A stretch of 64,000 nt of DNA, from NCBI GenBank assembly GCA_963823335.1, contig CAWGLD010000005.1, positions 1-64,000 of the forward strand, in the 5' to 3' direction. Made by a program: the position numbers and the translations under genes. Position 1 is the stretch's first letter; each line of letters opens with the position of its first letter. Under the pieces are notes generated by a model. That model was not told the origin of the DNA. It did no database searches and worked only from the letters and a program-made list of their open reading frames with translations. Positions 56,401 through 64,000 of the stretch are shown here, in pieces. The DNA comes from an uncultured delta proteobacterium. Its GTDB lineage: Bacteria > Desulfobacterota > Desulfobacteria > Desulfobacterales > B30-G6.

Positions 56401-57768
56401 ATGGACCTTTTCGAATATAATTCACAGCAATCCAGGACCAAGAGTCAACCCCTTGCGGAACGGGTTCGACCCACTAGCCTGGAGGCTTTTGTGGGGCAGA
56501 AACACCTCCTGGGTAAGGGTAAGCTGATCCAGACCGCCATCGAAACCGACCACCTCTTTTCTATGATCCTCTGGGGGCCTCCGGGTTGCGGGAAAACAAC
56601 GTTGGCCCGCATTGTCGCCAAGGAAACTCGAGCACATTTTGTTCATTTTTCAGCGGTGTTGTCGGGTGTCAAGGAAATCCGGTCCGTCATCAAGATCGCC
56701 AAGGACCAGCAATCTTTGTACCGGCAGGAAACCATTCTGTTCGTGGATGAAATTCATCGCTTCAACAAAGCCCAGCAGGATGCCTTTCTGCACCATGTTG
56801 AAGACGGGTTGATTACATTGATCGGGGCGACCACAGAAAACCCCTCCTTTGAAGTGATTGCACCACTTTTATCACGCTGTCGTGTGATCACCATGAAGGT
56901 CCTGTCGGATGAGGACATCGCCCTGATTCTCGAATTTGCGCTCAGGGACGAAGACAGGGGGCTGGGAAAAGCCTCCTGGCAGTTGAGTCAGGAGGCCATT
57001 CGCTATCTGGTTCAAATATCCGATGGAGATGCCCGCATGGCGTTGAACAATCTCGAACTGGTGACCAGCCTGAAAAGAGCGGATACAGAAGAAAAAAAGA
57101 TCACATTGGCAGAGATTAAAACAGCGCTGCAGGAAAAGGCGCTCGTTTATGACAAATCAGGCGAATCCCATTACAATCTTATCTCGGCCCTGCACAAGAG
57201 CATGCGCGGCAGCGACCCCGATGCAGCCATATACTGGCTCGGCCGCATGCTGGCTTCCGGAGAAGACCCGCTTTATGTGGCACGCAGAATGGTCCGTTTT
57301 GCTGTGGAAGACATCGGGAATGCAGATCCCGAAGCCCTTAACATGGCGCTGAACGGCATGGAGGCCTATCGTTTTCTTGGGTCCCCCGAAGGGGAGCTGG
57401 CCCTGGCCCAGGTAGCTGTATACCTGGCAACGGCCCCTAAAAGCAATGCCATCTACACGGCTTATAACAAGGTGCAGGAGACCATCAAACAGACCGGCTC
57501 TCTGCAAACACCTTTGCACATTCGCAATGCCCCCACAAAACTGATGAAGTCCATCGGTTATGGCAAGGATTACCAGTATGCCCACAATTATCAGGATGCC
57601 ATCGACTCTCAGGAATATCTGCCGGAAAAGATCCGGGGAAGTCAATTTTATCATCCCGTGGACAGGGGGCATGAACAGACCATCAGGAAACGGCTTGACT
57701 GGTGGCGGCACAAGAAAAAGAAAATGCGCGGGTCCTCTGATCCCAAAATAGGGGACGTCCTTGACTAA
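56401..57768 (+). CDS. rarA: Replication-associated recombination protein A
   Basis: PLAERVRP, WGPPGCGKTT, DEIHRFNKAQQD, SALHKSMRGSD, PLHIRNAPT. Confidence 0.96.
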   Translation: MDLFEYNSQQSRTKSQPLAERVRPTSLEAFVGQKHLLGKGKLIQTAIETDHLFSMILWGPPGCGKTTLARIVAKETRAHFVHFSAVLSGVKEIRSVIKIAKDQQSLYRQETILFVDEIHRFNKAQQDAFLHHVEDGLITLIGATTENPSFEVIAPLLSRCRVITMKVLSDEDIALILEFALRDEDRGLGKASWQLSQEAIRYLVQISDGDARMALNNLELVTSLKRADTEEKKITLAEIKTALQEKALVYDKSGESHYNLISALHKSMRGSDPDAAIYWLGRMLASGEDPLYVARRMVRFAVEDIGNADPEALNMALNGMEAYRFLGSPEGELALAQVAVYLATAPKSNAIYTAYNKVQETIKQTGSLQTPLHIRNAPTKLMKSIGYGKDYQYAHNYQDAIDSQEYLPEKIRGSQFYHPVDRGHEQTIRKRLDWWRHKKKKMRGSSDPKIGDVLD

Positions 57769-57883
57769 GTAGACTTACTCGGAGCCCTGATATCTCCTCG
57801 CCTGATTGCAGATACATCAATTTGCCAATCTCTGTTCGTTTCGATTCAATATGTCAAGATAGTCAAGGACGTCCCCTATTTTG
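57744..57883. mobile_element. 140-bp MITE/REPIN-like element with perfect 24-bp terminal inverted repeats
   Basis: CAAAATAGGGGACGTCCTTGACTA (57744-57767) and TAGTCAAGGACGTCCCCTATTTTG (57860-57883). Confidence 0.7.
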
Positions 57884-57901
57884 TATAATCGACAGAATTC
57901 C

Positions 57902-58705
57902 TTACGGTGAAGATTCCCAGCTGCTTACGGCGGGGAGCATCAATTCATGACGCCGGGTCGTCATTTTGGGATTGCCCCCGGCATTCCTGTCAAACGTCCG
58001 CTCCAGGAACGTGATCTCACCGGTATATTTCCAAAGTATCATGGACGCACATCGGGTCCCGTAAATATCACTCGTTATAAACATGGGTGATAAAACTCTT
58101 TCCCATTCCAGGCCAACCCCAGTGTCGGGAAGGTCTTCATCCGATGGAATGGATCGATTTCCCAGAATCATGAAGATGTCTTCGGGGGAAAACCCTTCCT
58201 TTTGACTGATCAATGTATGCAGTCTGGAGGTTCCCTGGGCTACTTTGGGCCAGGGCGTGTTCAGGAGATGGTTGCTGAGACCATGCACACCGGGTTCGAT
58301 GTTGTGGATGTTTCCATCACGGTTGGAATAGTAGAAGAGAGAGTTAACATCCCCGAGGATGAGGTTGAAGCCATTATAGTCCTGACCCTTGTTCTGCAAG
58401 CTTTCCAGATAATCATAGGGATTTGATTTGCCGATCAAAAAATTTTTTACCAGAGCTCCCCGTGAAGGTGCATCCTCTATTGTCATGCCGGAATCTCTGT
58501 AATTCGTAATGGCCGCAAAACGTCCCTTTTTCGTGATTCCCATCCAGGTACCACCCGCCTTGAGATCCCGTCCGGCAAGGAGTTCCGGGGCATCTTCCCA
58601 GAAGACCGCCGCTAACGTGGGCCGATCATAAAACTCGTCTCTATTGGCAGCCAGGATGAGTTGGTAATCCGGGTGAGACCGGTAAGCAAAGATGATAAGA
58701 CACAC
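57902..58705 (-). CDS. NRDE/TANGO2 family protein
   Basis: MCLI...ANRDEFYDRP, GGTWMG, YGTR. Confidence 0.95.
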   Translation of the reverse strand: MCLIIFAYRSHPDYQLILAANRDEFYDRPTLAAVFWEDAPELLAGRDLKAGGTWMGITKKGRFAAITNYRDSGMTIEDAPSRGALVKNFLIGKSNPYDYLESLQNKGQDYNGFNLILGDVNSLFYYSNRDGNIHNIEPGVHGLSNHLLNTPWPKVAQGTSRLHTLISQKEGFSPEDIFMILGNRSIPSDEDLPDTGVGLEWERVLSPMFITSDIYGTRCASMILWKYTGEITFLERTFDRNAGGNPKMTTRRHELMLPAVSSWESSP

Positions 58706-58871
58706 GGCGAATTATTGACCTTTTGGATGAGGATATGATACGTAGCCATAGCATTATGAAATCGTAAACGATTTTAAAATGCGTGACGTTACCGCTTTGA
58801 AAATAAACTTACAGTTTTCTAAAATATCAACAGTTAACTAGGACTGTCAATGTGAATAAAGGAGAAACGGT

Positions 58872-60158
58872 ATGAAAGAAGTCGTCGTTGTGGGTGGTGC
58901 AAGAACTGCCATAGGAACCTTTGGAAGTGGTTTGAAAACGATTTCCGTCGTGGAACTGGGGTCTATTGTCATGAAAGATGTTTTCAGGCGGGCCAATCTC
59001 CGGCCGGTAGCCAGTGAATCCATGGAGGCTTTTGCCCCGGACAAGTTGAAGGGCAGGGGCAGGATCGAACTGGAAACACAACATGGCCAGTGGGACGATA
59101 CAGCCATTCCTGTAACCGTCGACGAGGTCATCATGGGCAATGTTCTCCAGGCCGCTCAAGGCCAGAATCCGGCCCGCCAGGCCATGATTCGGGCTGGTAT
59201 CTCCAAGGAAACCCCTGCCTTGACCATCAACAAGGTCTGCGGATCCGGATTAAAAGCCATTGCCATAGGTGCCGCGGCCATTATGTCCGGCCAGGCTGAT
59301 GTCGTTCTTGCGGGAGGACAGGAGAGTATGAGCACCGTGCCCATGGCTCTGCCTAAAGCAAGATGGGGGCATCGCATGGAGTTGACCGGCGTGGGAGATA
59401 TTTACGACCTGATGGTTTTTGACGGTCTTTATGAAATATTTTATGGCTATCACATGGGTCTTACCGCCGAAAACATTGCTGAATTGTACCATATCAGCCG
59501 GGAAGAGCAAGACGAGCTTGCCGTATTGAGCCACCAGCGTGCGAGAAAGGCTATCACGGACGGCGATTTTGCAGCAGAAATTGTTCCGGTCACCATCAAG
59601 TCACGCAAAGAAGAGACCCTGTTCGATACAGACGAAAGACCCATGGAAACAGACATGCAAAAGATGTCCCGCTTACGACCGGCCTTCAAAACGGACGGTA
59701 CGGTGACTGCCGGAAATGCTTCGGGTATCAACGATGGCGCGGCGGCTGTACTCCTCATGAACGCTGAAAGGGCCCGTGAGCTGGGTCTCGAGCCGATTGT
59801 CAAGATCAAAGCATTTGCGTCCGGTGGTGTAGACCCTGCGTATATGGGGCTGGGACCGGTGCCCGCTATACGGAAAGTGCTCAAGTCGACGGGGATGAGT
59901 CTGGACGATATTGACATGATCGAATTGAACGAGGCCTTTGCAGCTCAGGCCATCGGTTGTATGCGTGAACTGGGTCTTGAAACCAGTCGTCCAAATGAAT
60001 TAGGAAGCGGTATTTCACTTGGTCATCCCATTGGCTGTACCGGAGCACGTCAAATGGTCAGTGGCATGAATTTAATGAAACGGAAAGATTACCAGACCGG
60101 CCTGATAAGCATGTGCATCGGCGGTGGAATGGGCATGGCCATGATCATTGAACGTTGA
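58872..60158 (+). CDS. Acetyl-CoA C-acyltransferase (thiolase)
   Basis: NKVCGSG, NEAFA, GHPIGCTG, CIGGG. Confidence 0.96.
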   Translation: MKEVVVVGGARTAIGTFGSGLKTISVVELGSIVMKDVFRRANLRPVASESMEAFAPDKLKGRGRIELETQHGQWDDTAIPVTVDEVIMGNVLQAAQGQNPARQAMIRAGISKETPALTINKVCGSGLKAIAIGAAAIMSGQADVVLAGGQESMSTVPMALPKARWGHRMELTGVGDIYDLMVFDGLYEIFYGYHMGLTAENIAELYHISREEQDELAVLSHQRARKAITDGDFAAEIVPVTIKSRKEETLFDTDERPMETDMQKMSRLRPAFKTDGTVTAGNASGINDGAAAVLLMNAERARELGLEPIVKIKAFASGGVDPAYMGLGPVPAIRKVLKSTGMSLDDIDMIELNEAFAAQAIGCMRELGLETSRPNELGSGISLGHPIGCTGARQMVSGMNLMKRKDYQTGLISMCIGGGMGMAMIIER

Positions 60159-60271
60159 TTTTTCTCTTTACTTCATGGACAATTATTGTTAAAAAATAGA
60201 ATTGTTACACGCCAGAAAACGACACCCATTTTATTAAAAAATTGGGCTAATCACGTAGTTGGGAGATCTGT

Positions 60272-60427
60272 ATGAACGTTAGCAGAAAATTGGGCATTCT
60301 GGTTTTTTGTGGTGTGCCGGCGATTGTCGGCGGCGGGATTTTATATGCTGTTTTTGGGAACTATATACCTGTATTTATATATGAAGTTTTGCTTGTTTTT
60401 GCAGCTGGTAGCTATGTAAGCAGATAG
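60272..60427 (+). CDS. 51-aa two-TM membrane protein (missing from the ORF track)
   Basis: GGGAG RBS; MNVSRKLGILVFCGVPAIVGGGILYAVFGNYIPVFIYEVLLVFAAGSYVSR. Confidence 0.65.
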   Translation: MNVSRKLGILVFCGVPAIVGGGILYAVFGNYIPVFIYEVLLVFAAGSYVSR

Positions 60428-60609
60428 AACACCTGCCATTTATCGCACCATATCGCCAGTCACAACGACTTTTCCGCTGTGGAGCGCTATCACTTGTGGA
60501 TGTCGCTCACTCCGGGTATCACGCATTCTCTTTCAACGTGGATCACACATTGGTTGTTTCACTCAATGACCATCCGTTTTATAATTCCATGTAATACAGT
60601 GGGGATCGT

Positions 60610-61758
60610 ATGACCGAAAAAAACACCAACTATACGATTTTACTGTTTTTTATAGCCTGTTTTCTGATTTCGATATTTCTGCTCGGCTGGCTTCTGTGGC
60701 CGTTTCTGTCCATTATCATCATTGCGGCAGTCGTTACCGGTATTTTCAGCCCCCTGTATCGTCTTATTATCCGCGGCGGCTATATTCGGCCTGCCATTGG
60801 ATCCTTTTTGACCTGTTGTGTTATTTTCTGCATTCTTTTTATCCCCATTGCTTTTTTTGTGAGTGTCCTGTCCAAGGAGGCCTACGATCTTTATCTGGCG
60901 GCCAAAAGTGCCATTATCACCCCGCAGATCAGCGCCCTCATGGCAGGGAGTAAAGTCCTTGAGCTTACCAACAACTTGCTGGCGAATTTTAATTTTCAGA
61001 TTACCGTTGAGGAACTCAATACCTACATTTCCGACATCGCTAAATTCGTAGGGTTCTTTCTTTACAACCAGGCCAGAGCGATTGCATCCAACATGCTGGC
61101 ATTTTTTATCAATTTTTTCCTGATGCTGCTTGTTATCTATTATCTGCTTGTCGATGGTGAGCGGCTTGTTCGTTTTATTGTCGACCTGTCTCCGCTCCCC
61201 AACAATCAGGATCAGATCCTTCTGAAAAAATTCAAGGAGATGGCGGGGGCTCTTCTCATCGGGAATGGGGTCGGTGGTCTGATCCAGGGACTGGCAGGTG
61301 GGGGGGTATTCAGCCTTTTTGGATTACCTTCACCGTTCCTGTGGGGCGTCATCATGGGGCTGCTTGCATTTCTGCCGATTATCGGCATCGGCATCGTTTT
61401 TATACCTGCGGCCATTTATCTGTTTCTCAAGGGGCGGGTCGCGGCGAGCATCTTCTTTATCATATTTTACGTTGTTCTTTCCGGGGGGGTAGAATATTTA
61501 TTCAAACCCAAACTCGTGGGACAGCGGGTAAAAATGCACACACTGCTGGTGTTTTTATCCATCATCGGCGGGCTGAAGCTTTTCGGTATCCTGGGTATTA
61601 TTTACGGTCCCCTGGTGATTACCGCATTCTTGACCCTGACAGAAATCTATCGTTCCAACTATCAGACAATGGTGAATCCACTGGGGCTGCCGTTGAAAGA
61701 AACATGCGCTTCGGAATTTCATGAATCCAATACAACAGAAATGCAAGGTGAAAAATGA
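60610..61758 (+). CDS. AI-2E family transporter
   Basis: Multi-[32 protein letters not shown]. Confidence 0.92.
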   Translation: MTEKNTNYTILLFFIACFLISIFLLGWLLWPFLSIIIIAAVVTGIFSPLYRLIIRGGYIRPAIGSFLTCCVIFCILFIPIAFFVSVLSKEAYDLYLAAKSAIITPQISALMAGSKVLELTNNLLANFNFQITVEELNTYISDIAKFVGFFLYNQARAIASNMLAFFINFFLMLLVIYYLLVDGERLVRFIVDLSPLPNNQDQILLKKFKEMAGALLIGNGVGGLIQGLAGGGVFSLFGLPSPFLWGVIMGLLAFLPIIGIGIVFIPAAIYLFLKGRVAASIFFIIFYVVLSGGVEYLFKPKLVGQRVKMHTLLVFLSIIGGLKLFGILGIIYGPLVITAFLTLTEIYRSNYQTMVNPLGLPLKETCASEFHESNTTEMQGEK

Positions 61759-64000
61759 CGACGAGTGAATACACACCTGAGATCAGCATCGAAAAAGAGA
61801 TGAAAAAGTCATATCTTGACTATGCCATGAGTGTCATCATCGGTCGGGCGCTGCCCGATGTCAGAGATGGCCTCAAACCGGTACACCGCCGGGTACTTTA
61901 TGCCATGCGAGAACTGAAAAACGACTGGAACAAGGCGTATAAAAAATCCGCCAGAATTGTCGGTGACGTTATCGGTAAGTACCACCCTCATGGTGATACC
62001 GCCGTGTATGATACCATTGTTCGGATGGCACAGAATTTTTCCATGCGCTACCCGCTGGTGGACGGGCAGGGTAACTTTGGTTCCGTGGACGGAGATCCGC
62101 CCGCAGCCATGCGATACACAGAGGTTCGAATGATGCAGCTTTCGCATCAAATGCTCATGGACCTGGAAAAAGACACGGTGGATCTGATTCCAAATTACGA
62201 CGAGTCCATGACAGAGCCGTCTGTTCTGCCGACCATTATTCCGACACTATTGGCAAATGGGTCCTCGGGCATAGCAGTGGGCATGGCAACCAATATACCA
62301 CCCCACAACCTGTGTGAGCTCATTGATGCCCTCACAGCCCTTATCGATGACCCTGATATCTCCATCAAGGGGCTTATGAAAAAAATGCCGGGGCCGGATT
62401 TTCCTACAGCGGGTATCATTCATGGCACAAAGGGAATCACGGACGCCTATCACACCGGCCGGGGGATCATTCGTGTCAGGGCGCGGGCCAATATTGAAAA
62501 AGATAAGCGAACAGGCACGGAGACAATCGTCATCACCGAAATTCCTTTCCAGGTCAACAAGGCTCGCGTAATAGAAAAAGTAGCGGAGCTGATGAAGTCA
62601 AAACATCTGGAAGGCATCAAATTCATCAGAGACGAGTCTGACCGGGACGGTATGCGCATCGCTTTGGGTTTGAAAAAAGACCAGGTGGCAGGGGTTATCG
62701 TCAACAAGCTGTATAAGCACACCCAGCTCGAAAATACATTCGGAATCATTTTTCTTGCTGTTGTTAACAAGCAACCTGAAGTACTGAACTTAAAAGCGCT
62801 TCTGGATCATTTCATTCTACATCGTAAAGAGGTGATCGTCCGGCGGACACGCTACGATCTGAACAAGGCCGAAGCCAGGGCTCATATCCTGGAAGGCTTG
62901 AAAATCGCTTTGGATCACCTGGATAGAATCGTGGCGCTTATCCGTGGTTCCAAGACACCTCCGGAGGCAAAAGCCCGACTGATGGAAGAATTTGACCTGT
63001 CCGTGCTGCAGGCCCAGGCAATTCTGGATATGCGCCTGCAGAGATTGACAGGTCTCGAAAGAGACAAGATCAATGATGAGTATGTCGGTCTGTTGAAGGA
63101 TATTGCTTATTTCAAGGAAATTCTGGGGAGTGAAAGACTGGTCCTGAGCATCATCAAGGGCGAGCTGGCAGAAGTCAGGAATGAATACGGGGATCCCCGT
63201 CGAACCGAGATCATAGAGGCCACGCGTGAACTGACCATCGAGGACATGATCGTTGAAGAAGACATGGTGGTTACCATTTCCAACAGTGGCTATATCAAGC
63301 GTAACCCCATTACGCTGTACCAAAGCCAGCGGCGTGGCGGGAAAGGAAAAACCGCCATGGGAACGAAAGAGGAAGATTTTGTCGAACGCCTCTTTGTCGC
63401 TTCGACGCATCACACATTTCTCTTTTTTACCAACAAAGGCCGGGTTTACTGGCGCAAGGTGTACGAAATACCCCAGGCCGGGCGCTTGAGCAAAGGCAAG
63501 GCTATCGTGAATCTTCTGAACCTCGAGAAAGATGAGGAGTTGGCGACGGTTCTCGATGTGCCTTCATTTGATCCGGGATCCTATATTATCAAGGCGACAA
63601 AAAACGGACTGGTGAAAAAGACGGATCTCATGGCTTACAGTCGACCACGTGTAGGCGGTATTATTGCGCTGAGTCTGGTAGAGGGTGACGAACTTATTTC
63701 CGCACGGATAACGGATGGCACCCGGAACGTGTTTTTGGGCTCGGTAGAAGGGAAATCGATCCGTTTTCATGAATCCGATGTTCGCCCGACCGGCAGGGCG
63801 GCCCAGGGGGTCCGCGGGATGCGTTTATCCTCCGGAGATGCCATCATCGGTATGGAGGTCATGGGGCATGGGCAGACGTTGTTTACAGCAACCCAGAATG
63901 GATATGGGAAGCGAACATCCATTGATGCCTACCCAATCCAGAAACGGGGTGGCCTGGGGGTCATCACCATCAAAACTAGCAAAAGAAACGGAAAAGTCGT
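61755..64000 (+). CDS. gyrA: DNA gyrase subunit A (runs off the window end)
   Basis: Manual translation from ATG 61755: [42 protein letters not shown], GyrA-box QRRGGKG. Confidence 0.97.
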   Translation, partial: MTTSEYTPEISIEKEMKKSYLDYAMSVIIGRALPDVRDGLKPVHRRVLYAMRELKNDWNKAYKKSARIVGDVIGKYHPHGDTAVYDTIVRMAQNFSMRYPLVDGQGNFGSVDGDPPAAMRYTEVRMMQLSHQMLMDLEKDTVDLIPNYDESMTEPSVLPTIIPTLLANGSSGIAVGMATNIPPHNLCELIDALTALIDDPDISIKGLMKKMPGPDFPTAGIIHGTKGITDAYHTGRGIIRVRARANIEKDKRTGTETIVITEIPFQVNKARVIEKVAELMKSKHLEGIKFIRDESDRDGMRIALGLKKDQVAGVIVNKLYKHTQLENTFGIIFLAVVNKQPEVLNLKALLDHFILHRKEVIVRRTRYDLNKAEARAHILEGLKIALDHLDRIVALIRGSKTPPEAKARLMEEFDLSVLQAQAILDMRLQRLTGLERDKINDEYVGLLKDIAYFKEILGSERLVLSIIKGELAEVRNEYGDPRRTEIIEATRELTIEDMIVEEDMVVTISNSGYIKRNPITLYQSQRRGGKGKTAMGTKEEDFVERLFVASTHHTFLFFTNKGRVYWRKVYEIPQAGRLSKGKAIVNLLNLEKDEELATVLDVPSFDPGSYIIKATKNGLVKKTDLMAYSRPRVGGIIALSLVEGDELISARITDGTRNVFLGSVEGKSIRFHESDVRPTGRAAQGVRGMRLSSGDAIIGMEVMGHGQTLFTATQNGYGKRTSIDAYPIQKRGGLGVITIKTSKRNGKV

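Overview
Chromosomal window from a bacterium that looks like a Desulfobacterales-type sulfate reducer (inferred from gene order and content, not from a database search). Positions ~1-14.3 kb are a visibly AT-richer accessory region ending at a minus-strand tRNA-Pro(GGG). A 35-bp copy of that tRNA at 1455-1489 delimits an integrase-less island of ~12.9 kb. The island carries a MalT/BTAD-type regulator, three secreted proteins (hypothetical, carboxylesterase, rhodanese), a 5'-truncated group IIC intron, an ORF-less group IIB intron and several small genes. The rest is core genome: ldcA-like peptidase, serine hydrolase, mreBCD-mrdA-rodA, bactofilin, atpF'FHAGDC, N-terminal-only GlmU, zapB-zapA-6S-rny-tyrS, a full rRNA operon, a two-component pair, an Aap amino-acid ABC transporter, 2-oxoacid:ferredoxin oxidoreductase with acyl-CoA dehydrogenase and thioesterase, der, rarA, thiolase, an AI-2E transporter and gyrA (partial). 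The most unusual signal is a dispersed family of intergenic micro-arrays. Each has an 18-nt period: a conserved AAATGAC heptamer plus an 11-nt hairpin whose stem varies with compensatory changes while a C(GNA)G triloop is nearly always kept. Several other intergenic repeat families and a probable MerB-like selenoprotein remnant are also present.
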